Shown here: piece after piece, positions 1-9,781 of the stretch
Numbering within the stretch: the first letter of the stretch is position 1
Layout of the letters: each line of letters starts with the position of its first letter
Source: an uncultured virus (IMG/VR IMGVR_UViG_3300021957_000018)
Taxonomy: Duplodnaviria > Heunggongvirae > Uroviricota > Caudoviricetes
Direction: 5' to 3' (one strand)
DNA length: 64,000 nt
IMG/VR virus record: IMGVR_UViG_3300021957_000018
Program-made: the position numbers and the translations under genes
The notes under the pieces: generated by a model
Told to the model about the DNA's origin: nothing
The model's database searches: none
The model's input: only the letters and a program-made list of their open reading frames with translations

Positions 1-832
1 TAAGTAGGTACGGAACTAACTGTCTATGCGGTTGAGTTGTATGTACTGCTCCTTCCATTGCTCCTTTAGTTGGATGTACGTGATAAAATCCTTTATAATC
101 TTGATTAGAACCTTTAATTTTGAACCTACCTCCAGATGTATACAGGTTATTCTTAGTCTTTGTAGGTACGGGCTTATTAGGTTTAAACCTAGGCTTTGCT
201 TTCCTGATAGGATGCTGTTGTACCGTCGGTGCTTGTTTTTTGATTATTCTTACTTGCTCTTTTGGAGGAAGTTCTTCAAACTTGTATCCTTCTACGTCTG
301 ATTCTATATCTGCAAATTTACCGTAATCAGTTATGTATTCATCTACATTTGGAACCTGTAAGGAAAGTTTAAGTATACTTTCTCTATTTCTTGATGCTGC
401 TCCTTTAAAATTATATCCTTGATTAAATATGTCTTTAACAGGTTTCTCAAGTACCCAATTTACTTCTCCATTTTTTATGTAAAGCAGATCTTTTGCTATA
501 TCGTAATTCTTCTTTAGAACCTCAGTTACATTGCCGTTTCTGGTATCATGTATAAAGTATCTTTTGAAGTATCCTGTTTTATAATTTTGAGGTGTAGGAA
601 AAGTACTTTCTGCAGTAAATGTGCTTCCTTCTCCTATAAACTCCTCATCATGTTCATGATCGGGAACTTTTTCTATTTCTTCGGCGGAGTCTGTAGGACC
701 TGTTCCAGCAAAGGTTTTTCCTTGTGGTGTTTCATAATAAGGCCCTTCGTAAGGTGCTCCTGTAGTGGACACTGTAAATTGCCCTAATAGAGCAAATAAT
801 CCTTTTAGTACTTTAAACGCTGGTAACCACAT
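1..832 (-). CDS. Probable baseplate-region virion protein (partial, runs off left edge)
   Basis: Not in the ORF track. ATG at 832 (MWLPAFKVLKG...), 1 nt after the stop of the 940-aa gene. Manual translation found no in-frame stop down to the window edge. Ends ...YKGFYHVHPTKGAMEGAVH... Confidence 0.75.
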   Translation of the reverse strand, partial: MWLPAFKVLKGLFALLGQFTVSTTGAPYEGPYYETPQGKTFAGTGPTDSAEEIEKVPDHEHDEEFIGEGSTFTAESTFPTPQNYKTGYFKRYFIHDTRNGNVTEVLKKNYDIAKDLLYIKNGEVNWVLEKPVKDIFNQGYNFKGAASRNRESILKLSLQVPNVDEYITDYGKFADIESDVEGYKFEELPPKEQVRIIKKQAPTVQQHPIRKAKPRFKPNKPVPTKTKNNLYTSGGRFKIKGSNQDYKGFYHVHPTKGAMEGAVHTTQPHRQLVPYLL

Positions 833-833
833 A

Positions 834-3656
834 TTACACTGTATAAGTTTTAATTTTTCCTGACGCTGCTAATTTTTTTGATTGTGCTAATTCTGCATTA
901 CCTTCAGTACCCCGTCCCCAAGAAAAGTGGAAATGTACACCAGTTGCTTTTACAGTCATTCTTTTATATTCATCTTTAAATCTAATTGAGCCTGAAGAAG
1001 AACCTGCTGCAAATCCTTGTACTATGGCTAATACTTTCTTATAATTGCTGACTGAGTAAGGAACAATCGTAAAGTCTAGTGCTCTACCGGACTTATGTCT
1101 ACTCGTATACTCTGTAATATTTTGGTGGAACCTATCATTTCCTGAGGTAAACCTTAATTTAATTCCAGGTGCTTCAGATTTAACTGTGTTAATTAAAGCA
1201 GTACCTATTTTTAAAGTGTCAGAAGTTATATCTCCTCCGTTCGCTAATTCAGTTCCTTTTTCAGAAAAGCCAGCTGATTTAATTACTGCTCTTAGTTGAT
1301 CTGCGTTCGGTGTTTCACCGGTCTCAATAACCACTGGGTCATTATACCCTGGTGGTTCTGGTTGTTCAGTCAAATCTACTTGTGAATTTACATCTACAGC
1401 AACATCTCTAACAGGTAACATAAACATATTAGCTTTTAAGTCTACATTCCACCTATTAGTTGAATCTATTTTATGTGAAACGCCAGTAATTACGAATCCA
1501 ACTCTTGCTTTATATCTATGTGGCAGTATTTCATCCGTTATGCTAAAAGCTTCTCCTATTTTTAATCCTGCAAGTCCCTGCATAGTTATATTTATTTCAA
1601 TAGGAAGTAGTATGTTGGTTGAAACTGGTTTTCCTGCATTTCTGCTTTTAAGTTGTAGCATCTTAAGGCAAAATTGCATTGCCTCTCTATGAGAAGCTGC
1701 TATTGCGGTAAAATTACTAGCATCATTAGTTTTTAATGTAGCGTAGCTGTAATATGCCTTAGCAATGTCAATTTTATTTAATTCTCGTGTTTCTGCATTT
1801 TTTAAACTGTCTTTTGAGAAACCTTTACTATCTGTTGTTTCCTTCTTTTTAGTGGTAGACCATCTGTCAACAGCGCCGTTATTAAACTGTATTAAATTAT
1901 CCTGTCCGTTTTCTCCGGCTGCAGCTGAAATAGCTAGCATTGATGCTAGGTCTCCTGAAATTTTGCTGGTCACACCGTATGATGTTACTTGGGATCCTAA
2001 TCCTATTAAGTCAATTACCGGAAGCTTCTTATCTACCTCAACTGGGTTGTATAGGTTCCTATCTATGACGTACCATTCATTTCTACTTTTATCTAAATTT
2101 AGATCTAAATTATTTATGCCTCCTAGTGTATTACTTACATCCGTTAGGACTGTTTTAATTAATTGAAATATCGAGGTTTCATTTTTAGAAGTTTTTCTAC
2201 TACTCAATGCTGATCTCTGGATGCTCTGTAGATAAGCTAAGTTAATAAGTATATTTAAAGGAGCTTCTTCTTTAAGGTCTTTAGCCTCGTTTAGTTCTAG
2301 AGGTATAGCAGCATTGGACTTATACCCGTACCCTGTATACTCTTTAACATTCGGCATACTACCTTCTTTAAACGTTATTGCTCCTTTTCTGTAGGGTATC
2401 CCACATATGTATGGATCTCCTGATATATGTCCAGGGAATGTAATGTACTTTTGCCTTTCTACATTTAGGTCAAACTTAGTTCCGTTTGCACCAGAATCTT
2501 CTCTTTCTAATACTTGAGTATTAATAATGTAGAGAAGGTCTCTTAGTGTAATAAAATATTGACAGTCTGTGCTATTTTCCTCAGCGTCAGTTGATGATAG
2601 TGCTATGCCTGATTTATATACTTTTATGTTGTTACCTTTAGGGTAAAGTTTTTTAAGGTATTCGTCAAGTTTAACAGAGTTTGTTAAAGCTTTAAATATA
2701 TCCAATAGTAGATCATTATCGTCCTTTTTTGCCTTACTGGATGATTCTGTTGATTCTCCTTCTGCGTATCCTTTGTGACTTCCGGTGGATTGACTTCCAG
2801 TGTAAACCAGAGACTTAATAGATTCCAGTACTTCACCTTTTCCCATTACCTTAATCGTACAATCGTAACTTCCATCCTGTGCATAATCCCATCCGAAATT
2901 TATGACTTTCCCGATCATCGCATCGTAGTTATTCCCAGATTTTCTTTTTTTACCGTCAACGTCTTTAGTTAATTCACTTAATGATTTTGTTGCTTTAATA
3001 AAATCTGTAGTGATTGAACCTATATCATTTTCTAATTCACCGTAGTCATTTAGGTAAATACTATTGCCCCATTCCACTAACATTGTAAAACCAGGTTTAA
3101 AGTACAACTTTTCTATTACATCTAATTGCTCGCGTGACCATGCTTTGATATTTATTACTGCTTCTCTGAGTGTACCGTACTGGCTTTTTGATACTATGGA
3201 GAAATCTGTTATACCCATCATAGGTACGTATCCTCCTACTTCGCTAAATTCATATGAACTCCTTGTAGGTACCTCTGCAGTTCTACTTATATCTAAACCA
3301 GTTCTCCTTTGTTCTTGTAATTTTCCGTCAGTTGCTTTATTATATACTGTTCCTCCGGATAGTATATTTTGCGATGCTAATACACTGTCTTTATTATTTC
3401 CTTCGCTTATATATTCTCTTAATGCATCTTTAACTGCTGGGCTTCTTTGTGAAGCTATAATGCTTTTTATATACTCTTCTTCAGATGCAGGTAAGCTGTT
3501 TACTCCTGAAACTAATCTAATATATGCGCTTTGGTTATTAATAATGGAACTCCTTAATACATCTTGTCGTCCATTCTCATCTGTAAGTAGCATTTTACGG
3601 TACTTCAGCTGGTACTGTACGTCTATATTTAATGGTACACCGAATGTTTTTGACAT
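834..3656 (-). CDS. Baseplate hub-like protein with C-terminal Zn peptidoglycan peptidase-like domain
   Basis: 940 aa, downstream of the tape measure and LysM genes. The C-terminus has SRHKSGRALD...HFH, an HxxxxxxD...HxH (M15/LAS-type) pattern. Confidence 0.6.
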   Translation of the reverse strand: MSKTFGVPLNIDVQYQLKYRKMLLTDENGRQDVLRSSIINNQSAYIRLVSGVNSLPASEEEYIKSIIASQRSPAVKDALREYISEGNNKDSVLASQNILSGGTVYNKATDGKLQEQRRTGLDISRTAEVPTRSSYEFSEVGGYVPMMGITDFSIVSKSQYGTLREAVINIKAWSREQLDVIEKLYFKPGFTMLVEWGNSIYLNDYGELENDIGSITTDFIKATKSLSELTKDVDGKKRKSGNNYDAMIGKVINFGWDYAQDGSYDCTIKVMGKGEVLESIKSLVYTGSQSTGSHKGYAEGESTESSSKAKKDDNDLLLDIFKALTNSVKLDEYLKKLYPKGNNIKVYKSGIALSSTDAEENSTDCQYFITLRDLLYIINTQVLEREDSGANGTKFDLNVERQKYITFPGHISGDPYICGIPYRKGAITFKEGSMPNVKEYTGYGYKSNAAIPLELNEAKDLKEEAPLNILINLAYLQSIQRSALSSRKTSKNETSIFQLIKTVLTDVSNTLGGINNLDLNLDKSRNEWYVIDRNLYNPVEVDKKLPVIDLIGLGSQVTSYGVTSKISGDLASMLAISAAAGENGQDNLIQFNNGAVDRWSTTKKKETTDSKGFSKDSLKNAETRELNKIDIAKAYYSYATLKTNDASNFTAIAASHREAMQFCLKMLQLKSRNAGKPVSTNILLPIEINITMQGLAGLKIGEAFSITDEILPHRYKARVGFVITGVSHKIDSTNRWNVDLKANMFMLPVRDVAVDVNSQVDLTEQPEPPGYNDPVVIETGETPNADQLRAVIKSAGFSEKGTELANGGDITSDTLKIGTALINTVKSEAPGIKLRFTSGNDRFHQNITEYTSRHKSGRALDFTIVPYSVSNYKKVLAIVQGFAAGSSSGSIRFKDEYKRMTVKATGVHFHFSWGRGTEGNAELAQSKKLAASGKIKTYTV

Positions 3657-3958
3657 TATCTATTTTGATTAAGTTCTCTGTACTCGTTTTTTATTGCTTG
3701 AATATTAGAGGGGATTCTTAACTGTTTACCGGGTTCTACTGTTAGTGAATCTTTTTTACTATTATTAACAGATGCTATAACCCACCATAGTTGTGGATCT
3801 TTATAGTACTCCAACGCTAATGTATCGTACCTATCTCCTGCTGTAGCTATTACGTATATATCATTAAAAGATGGTTTAATAACTGGGAATATTACATTCC
3901 TTCTATATCTAATACCATTTTTAGTTTGCTTTAATAGTATATCTCTATATCTGTTCAT
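3656..3958 (-). CDS. LysM-like baseplate protein
   Basis: GDRYDTLALEYYKDPQLWWVIASVN...GKQLRIP is the LysM-like pattern of contractile-tail baseplate proteins. Confidence 0.75.
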   Translation of the reverse strand: MNRYRDILLKQTKNGIRYRRNVIFPVIKPSFNDIYVIATAGDRYDTLALEYYKDPQLWWVIASVNNSKKDSLTVEPGKQLRIPSNIQAIKNEYRELNQNR

Positions 3959-5519
3959 CTTCTTCTGGGATTGTTGTTACCACGACTTCGTCTAATTCTA
4001 TTTCCGGTTTGGCAAGTCTATTCTTTCTACCTATAAACTTATTACCAAACTGTGGTGCTATAGTATGAGTAGGTGAAAAGGTAATACTTACATCTAATAC
4101 GGTTGGTACTTCAGGTATATCCTCTAACCCTCTATCTAAGTCGGTTAGACGTTCAAAATTACCATCTTCGTTTGTACCGTAGGTTGATGTTTGCCAAGTG
4201 TAATCTGTGTTCCAGTCAAAGGTAACGGATTCTATTACCCCAGGTTCCTGTACTAGGTACCCTCCTATAGTAATTGCTACAAAATTTCCTCTCATAAAGT
4301 TATTTGTTGAATATGTAGGAGCAGTTGTACCTGCAAGGAGGTTAAGTTTAGCGTACAATGGTTTTAATTCATCTACTGAACTAGCTGCAACTTTGAACCC
4401 GAATGTAATACTTCGGCTAAATCCTTGATATGATCTAAAATCTTCTGCACGGCCTAAATACTTAAAAGAGCTCCAATCTGCTGAGTAAGAGTCGTTGAAA
4501 TTATCTAGATAAGCCCTGAAAGGGAGTATTGTTACATCGGGAACTTCATCTTGAGTTGATTGAGGTGTTATTACTTTAAAATTAAAATCAATTATATCTT
4601 TAAAAGCTTCTTTTGTTTTTTCTTCTATTGCTTGTGTATCTAATCCGTCTACTATTCCTATAGACCCTCTCTTTGGAAACTTAGCAGTGATCCTATCTTT
4701 TGGCCTTAATGTATAGGAGTCCCCGTTTTTGTCTTCTGGTGACTGTACTTCAGTAGGAGTTAAGCTTATCTGCTCAAATCCTTGAGCAACTCTTGTATAT
4801 ATTCCCTGTGCTCTTGTATTCTGACTAAGTTCTACTGCTTTAAACCCTATAGGTTCAGATCCAACTCCGGATGCATAATACTCTTTATCAAGATCTTCTG
4901 GTTTTGTTGGAGTTGCAGCGTCTAGTGCCTCCTGTCTCTTCTGTTTTCTGGATTTCTTAGCTTGTTCTGAGGTAGTTTCGCCGGCATCGGTTATGGAGAT
5001 ATTAGCTGTCTGTGTACCGAATGTATCAAACTTCGTTAGAAGTGCACCTCGTTCTTCCTGTCTTTCTCTCCCTTCTATCTTAGTGTTTATTACTTCTCCG
5101 TTAAGAGCTGATCTATGACCTTGAACTTTGGGTAAATACCCTCTCTTGCCCATAAAACCTTCAACAAAATGTGTACCTGTTCCATTAACGGGAACTTGAG
5201 CAATCATAGAAGCAATTGATTTAGCTGAGGACCATCCCCCGGATAGTATCCTACCTATACCGGTTTTTCCTGCAGATTTAGATTGGATGTTTTTTTCAAC
5301 TACACTTAATGCTGTTTGATTTGCTATGTGTTTTAAACCAGGTCCGGTAGTTAGTAGTGTTGTGATTCTCTTTAAATCATCGGTTCTACGAGTTACTTCC
5401 ATAGCAAGACTATTAGGACTAGGTGCGTCATTTATATCCTTTGTTACTAAAGGAGGTTCTACACCAAAGTCACCATACTTAAGATCTCTTAAGTTAGTTT
5501 GTAGGTCTATTAACGGCAT
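3945..5519 (-). CDS. Probable baseplate/tail-tube initiator protein
   Basis: 524 aa. Tube-fold-like C-terminal half (YLGRAEDFRSYQGFSRSITFGF...). Lies between the tape measure and LysM genes. Confidence 0.5.
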   Translation of the reverse strand: MPLIDLQTNLRDLKYGDFGVEPPLVTKDINDAPSPNSLAMEVTRRTDDLKRITTLLTTGPGLKHIANQTALSVVEKNIQSKSAGKTGIGRILSGGWSSAKSIASMIAQVPVNGTGTHFVEGFMGKRGYLPKVQGHRSALNGEVINTKIEGRERQEERGALLTKFDTFGTQTANISITDAGETTSEQAKKSRKQKRQEALDAATPTKPEDLDKEYYASGVGSEPIGFKAVELSQNTRAQGIYTRVAQGFEQISLTPTEVQSPEDKNGDSYTLRPKDRITAKFPKRGSIGIVDGLDTQAIEEKTKEAFKDIIDFNFKVITPQSTQDEVPDVTILPFRAYLDNFNDSYSADWSSFKYLGRAEDFRSYQGFSRSITFGFKVAASSVDELKPLYAKLNLLAGTTAPTYSTNNFMRGNFVAITIGGYLVQEPGVIESVTFDWNTDYTWQTSTYGTNEDGNFERLTDLDRGLEDIPEVPTVLDVSITFSPTHTIAPQFGNKFIGRKNRLAKPEIELDEVVVTTIPEEDEQI

Positions 5520-5535
5520 ACGTTATTGTGATTTA

Positions 5536-5772
5536 CTAGGTTAAATCTTGTGCTCTTTGATCAATTCCTACTTCCGGAAGATTATCTAAATAGTTATTAG
5601 CAGGTTTTTTACCTTTTAAACTTAATGAAGTTTGTGCTGCTAATATATCTGGATCGTCCGTAATAGAGGATTTATAATGCAAAGTAGATGTTGTTTTAGC
5701 AGCATCTCTTTGAGCAGGAGTTTGTCCTTTTAATCCGTGTACTGAATCTTTTAAATTTTTTAATATTGACAT
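5536..5772 (-). CDS. Hypothetical protein (tail region)
   Basis: 78-aa ORF filling the gap, preceded by the TATTTATA motif. Confidence 0.65.
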   Translation of the reverse strand: MSILKNLKDSVHGLKGQTPAQRDAAKTTSTLHYKSSITDDPDILAAQTSLSLKGKKPANNYLDNLPEVGIDQRAQDLT

Positions 5773-5793
5773 TATTATAGTGTTTAGTGTTAT

Positions 5794-5801
5794 TATAAAT
5801 A
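5794..5801 (-). promoter_or_regulatory. Putative late promoter TATTTATA
   Basis: Recurrent intergenic octamer, 21 nt upstream of the ATG at 5772. Confidence 0.6.
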
Positions 5802-5806
5802 GTTTA

Positions 5807-8122
5807 CTATGTACTTAGTTTAGAACTTAATACTAAAGTTTCACCAACTTTACTCCCATCTAAGTAAACATTACCCCCCGTGCTGACAATAGATATAAGT
5901 TGTTCTAGTAGTTTTTCTACATTTCCTCCTAATTTAGTACCACCTGCCATGGTGATTGTATCCTTACCTAATGGCCTAAGAGTAAAATCTTCAACTTTTG
6001 CTTCTTTAGGAAGTGAATCTGCTTGTGTTTGAAGAACGTTTTGTGCTGCTTTTATCTCAGCATTCTTTTTTGCAACGTTAATTGAACCATGTATCATTCC
6101 TGCTGGGCCGCCAAATGCTGCTCCCTTGGTGAATGCCCATGCTTTTGACCAGAATCCCTGTGATGCTTTTTCTTGAGTCTGTTTAATCTTTTCTATTGTT
6201 TTAACAGATAAGTCTTTCTGTGCTAAAATTTTCTTAGCATTATCTTGTGCTATTTCTTGATCTCCACCTCCGAAAGCTGCTCTTGCGAAACCTACTTTTT
6301 CTACTCTTAAAATAAACTTTGTTAATAAATCTACCATTTTATCTAACATTCCAGACCCTACAAATTTTTGTAGTGCATCTTTTGCTCTCTGCATTGTTTC
6401 TTGAAATGCCTGTCCTGCGGTAACATTTAAGTCAAGGTCCGCTCTTGTTGCACCTGCTATACCCAACCTTTTAGCTTCAATAGCAAGTAATTCATTCATT
6501 TTTGCTGCATCTCCTTCTCCCTTTGCTCTCTTTATTGCCTCATCCGCCATTATTTGTTTAGCAATTTGCCTATACTCTTTTTTTGCTTTTAAATCTTTTT
6601 TATTTGCTTCTGATACCTGTCTAGCTCTGTCGGTTTCTAGCATATAAGCGTCTTGAAGTTCATCTACTGATAAGTTTGTAAGTTTTGCTAACTGTTTCAT
6701 TACTAGAGGACGTTTTCTTTCCTCTGCGGTTAGCCCTTTCATGGTTTTCATTACTTCTTGAGTAGCACCTACCATGTCTCCTTGCGTAGCTAACAACCTA
6801 GCTTTATCTAACTGTAAATCTTTCCCTAAGAATAGTTCAGCTTCCATTTCTGCAGCTAAAGAGCTCTCAAAATCTAAAAGTCCTTCTGAAACATTTTTAG
6901 TTTGAGCTAAAGTTAATCCTAATTTCCGTGCTGCATTAACTCCTTTTGCTATAGATGTAGCACTAAAACCGAAAGAAGCTCGGATTTGGCCAGAGGCATT
7001 TGCAACTCCTGTAAGGACTTGATTAAAGGTAGCAGTACTTTCTCCCATATTAGTCATATGGTTATTCATTGCTAAAATTTCATTAGCTCCTTTTTCAGAA
7101 TCTTGTCCAAATGCTTCAAAATTTGAAACAAACTTTGCTGCAGTATCTGCTGATAATCCTAATCTAGCTTGCATGAAAGAAACTGTTGAAAGAGTTGAAG
7201 CCATAAATGTACCTCCTCTATCCAATTCAACTACCATTTCTTTTTGTGCTTTTAAAGCTTGAGTAGTAGAATGATACAGTTTATTTTGTGCTTTTGCTCC
7301 TGCTGAGATTTCATGAACCATTTTTCTAGCTTCATCTTTAGCTACCCCCATTGTTTGTGCTGTTTCCACCACTTTTTTAGAAAAGCCTAGAGCTAAATCT
7401 ATTAAAAATTTAAATGCTTTGACTATAAGTTTCACTACTCCTAAAATAATAGTAGCTGACTCAATACCTGAAAATGCTGCACCTATACCTTTACCTATTA
7501 GTTTAATTTTACCTCCTAGACCAGAAAAAGCTTTTCCATTTTTAGCAGCTTCACTTCTCATCTTCTTCAAACCTTCTTCTGCATTTAAAAGACCGCCGAA
7601 AAATTTATTTTTACTGATTCTAGTAAATACTTCTCCTGTTGCTCCTAATGCTTTTTTAATACCGTCTGCACGTTCTTTGTCTTTATTTAATTGTTCCTCC
7701 TGTATCTTAAGTGCTTCAAATGCTAATACTCTGTCTTCTTGGCTATACTCCACGCCCATCTTTTTAGCGTGTATTAGTTTTCTAATCAAAGCAGACCTTT
7801 TCTCTTGGAGTTGATATTGCTGTTTTTCTATATCTTTTCCTGTAAGTAGTCCTTGGTTAATTTTACTATTATTAGAGGCTAGTGTATCAGAGAATTTAGC
7901 TGCATTTTTGAATTGTCTGGTAAGGTCAGTCCCTACAGATTTAAGAACTGATGCGTCAGCTCCACTAATTGCTTCTTCAACAGAGTCTTTTAACGATTCT
8001 CCAATCTTAGCTGCTACGGATATCATAGTATCCTGTACATATACGCTTAGTTCGTCAATATCGCTTTGGCTCTGTTTTTTAGCTTGTTGCCGTTTTTTAT
8101 TTAGTTCTTTATCTTCAGCCAT
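5807..8122 (-). CDS. Tape measure protein
   Basis: 771 aa, Ala/Lys/Gln-rich helical sequence with a hydrophobic segment. Follows the tube and chaperone genes. Confidence 0.75.
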   Translation of the reverse strand: MAEDKELNKKRQQAKKQSQSDIDELSVYVQDTMISVAAKIGESLKDSVEEAISGADASVLKSVGTDLTRQFKNAAKFSDTLASNNSKINQGLLTGKDIEKQQYQLQEKRSALIRKLIHAKKMGVEYSQEDRVLAFEALKIQEEQLNKDKERADGIKKALGATGEVFTRISKNKFFGGLLNAEEGLKKMRSEAAKNGKAFSGLGGKIKLIGKGIGAAFSGIESATIILGVVKLIVKAFKFLIDLALGFSKKVVETAQTMGVAKDEARKMVHEISAGAKAQNKLYHSTTQALKAQKEMVVELDRGGTFMASTLSTVSFMQARLGLSADTAAKFVSNFEAFGQDSEKGANEILAMNNHMTNMGESTATFNQVLTGVANASGQIRASFGFSATSIAKGVNAARKLGLTLAQTKNVSEGLLDFESSLAAEMEAELFLGKDLQLDKARLLATQGDMVGATQEVMKTMKGLTAEERKRPLVMKQLAKLTNLSVDELQDAYMLETDRARQVSEANKKDLKAKKEYRQIAKQIMADEAIKRAKGEGDAAKMNELLAIEAKRLGIAGATRADLDLNVTAGQAFQETMQRAKDALQKFVGSGMLDKMVDLLTKFILRVEKVGFARAAFGGGDQEIAQDNAKKILAQKDLSVKTIEKIKQTQEKASQGFWSKAWAFTKGAAFGGPAGMIHGSINVAKKNAEIKAAQNVLQTQADSLPKEAKVEDFTLRPLGKDTITMAGGTKLGGNVEKLLEQLISIVSTGGNVYLDGSKVGETLVLSSKLST

Positions 8123-8138
8123 AAGAGTGTTTATTTCT

Positions 8139-8146
8139 TATAAATA
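8139..8146 (-). promoter_or_regulatory. Putative late promoter TATTTATA
   Basis: Octamer 16 nt upstream of the tape measure ATG. Confidence 0.6.
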
Positions 8147-8148
8147 GC

Positions 8149-8175
8149 AAAGACTCCTATTTGTTAGAAGCCTTT
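8149..8175 (-). terminator. Hairpin, possible intrinsic terminator
   Basis: AAGGCUUCUA-ACAAA-UAGGAGUCUU spanning the upstream stop codon, followed by U-rich sequence. Confidence 0.4.
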
Positions 8176-8471
8176 GTTGAATAAGCAGGTTTGATATTAG
8201 GTCTAGCTATCTGCGTGCTTTTATTAGTATTTGATTCTACTTGTTTTTCAGCTTGTTCGGATTGTTTTTCAAAATGCTCTTTCATTTTATTGAAAGTAAA
8301 ATTTCTTAACCAAATTGGCATATTATATACTTCAGTCCAAGTATAACCACCTCCTCCATGGAAAACTATTTCATGGATTTGTCCGAAAATAATTTGTCTA
8401 TACTCAGACGTCAGGCCAAAAAAAGTCGATCCCAATGGGGATATCAAATACCTCCTCTCTTCCAGCTTCAT
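8157..8471 (-). CDS. Tail/hub assembly chaperone C-terminal part (T4 gp51-like), probably expressed by frameshift
   Basis: Overlaps the upstream gene in the +1 frame across a U7 run. Motif TWTEVYNMPIWLR. Directly precedes the tape measure gene. Confidence 0.6.
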   Translation of the reverse strand: MKLEERRYLISPLGSTFFGLTSEYRQIIFGQIHEIVFHGGGGYTWTEVYNMPIWLRNFTFNKMKEHFEKQSEQAEKQVESNTNKSTQIARPNIKPAYSTKASNK

Positions 8472-9147
8472 CTGTATATGTATGCTGTATGTTTATATCC
8501 GGTGAAACTTCACTATAGTAATCTCTTAGTGCTCTAGCATCTTTTGCTAAAAGGTAGTTATTAACAAATTCTCGTACGTCTTTTTTCTCTGATAATCCGT
8601 TAACGCTTGTGATGATATAAGCAAGTCTGGTTGTGACTTGTGTGCTTGAATCTTTATTAATCTTCTTTTTACCTTCTATTTCTCTTTCTATATTTTTCTC
8701 ATCTATATGAGTTAAAAGTCTAAAGGTTAGTGAATTATCTGTATTAGGTAGTTGAAAAGTAAATTCATTTTTCTTACCACTTAAAAGCTCTTCATCAATT
8801 TTTTTATTTTCTAATAAAGATAAATCTACCACTACATCTTCTCCGGCAAATTGCACTTTGTAGTCCTTACCGTATGATAGTATTCTAGCTGCTATCATTA
8901 TAGCGTTTTTGTCTCCTATTAGTAAATCGTTTACTTTAATATCTTTAGATACTATTAGAGATTGTAGTAGTTTATCTATTACTGTTCCGTTTTTAATGTA
9001 GTTTTGATTGGTTAATATATCTTCTTCTTTAGCGGTCATATATTTCATTTCTACTTTACCGCTTGATAAAGGAGAATCCTCAGGGTATAGTAAGCCTTTA
9101 GAAGGTAAGTCTACTGTTTCAGTAGGGAGGGAAAATTTTGATTCCAT
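8404..9147 (-). CDS. Tail/baseplate hub assembly chaperone (T4 gp26-like)
   Basis: LPSKGLLY...MTAKEEDIL...LLIGDKNAIMIAARILSYG pattern. Ends IDFFWPDV. Lies between tube and tape measure. Confidence 0.65.
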   Translation of the reverse strand: MESKFSLPTETVDLPSKGLLYPEDSPLSSGKVEMKYMTAKEEDILTNQNYIKNGTVIDKLLQSLIVSKDIKVNDLLIGDKNAIMIAARILSYGKDYKVQFAGEDVVVDLSLLENKKIDEELLSGKKNEFTFQLPNTDNSLTFRLLTHIDEKNIEREIEGKKKINKDSSTQVTTRLAYIITSVNGLSEKKDVREFVNNYLLAKDARALRDYYSEVSPDINIQHTYTDEAGREEVFDIPIGIDFFWPDV

Positions 9148-9211
9148 AAATTTTATTTAGTTATAACTTATTATAATAATAAATATACGAAGAAAAAAGT
9201 TTAGAGCCAAC

Positions 9212-9234
9212 AAAAAACCCGGATAAAATCCGGG
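9212..9234 (-). terminator. Intrinsic terminator after tail tube gene
   Basis: CCCGGAU-UUU-AUCCGGG followed by U6. Confidence 0.75.
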
Positions 9235-9258
9235 CCTTTATAATAAGTAAGTAATTTC

Positions 9259-9744
9259 CTAGTAATTTAATACGCAGTAGTCCATTGCAACTGTAATACT
9301 AATCTCTACAGCTTCATCTGAAGTCCAATCGTATTGTCCAAAGTCTCCATTTGTTAGGATAGCTCCTTTAATGATCCATTCACCTACAATGTCTCCTACA
9401 GGTCCTAATATGTTTAAAGTTAAGTCTTTTTTATAGAAATCAGAATAACCAGCTCTACCTGTTACCGATTCGTATCCTAATCTTGCCCATTCCATTACGG
9501 CTTGTGCTCCAGAAGGAGTTACTGGATCGTAAAGAGTCATGGTCATATCGTCCCATTCTCTTTTTCCTCTAATTTTTCTATATGAATTGATGTGGTCTAA
9601 CTTGATAACGTTATCGGTAAAGGAAGGTGCTTTAACATTCTTAACCATGAAGGAAGGAATGTTGTCGATATACATTACAAATCTGTTCTGTACCTTTGGT
9701 TCAAAGGCTTTAAACATTATTTCGTTTGGATCTAATACTGCCAT
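9259..9744 (-). CDS. Tail tube protein (T4 gp19-like)
   Basis: 161 aa right after the sheath gene. FEPKVQNRF...W..MTMTLYDP...YKKD pattern. Confidence 0.85.
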   Translation of the reverse strand: MAVLDPNEIMFKAFEPKVQNRFVMYIDNIPSFMVKNVKAPSFTDNVIKLDHINSYRKIRGKREWDDMTMTLYDPVTPSGAQAVMEWARLGYESVTGRAGYSDFYKKDLTLNILGPVGDIVGEWIIKGAILTNGDFGQYDWTSDEAVEISITVAMDYCVLNY

Positions 9745-9760
9745 GTTGTATTTACTTTAT

Positions 9761-9768
9761 TATAAATA
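9761..9768 (-). promoter_or_regulatory. Putative late promoter TATTTATA
   Basis: Octamer 16 nt upstream of the tube ATG. Confidence 0.6.
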
Positions 9769-9781
9769 TATTGTTTTTAAA

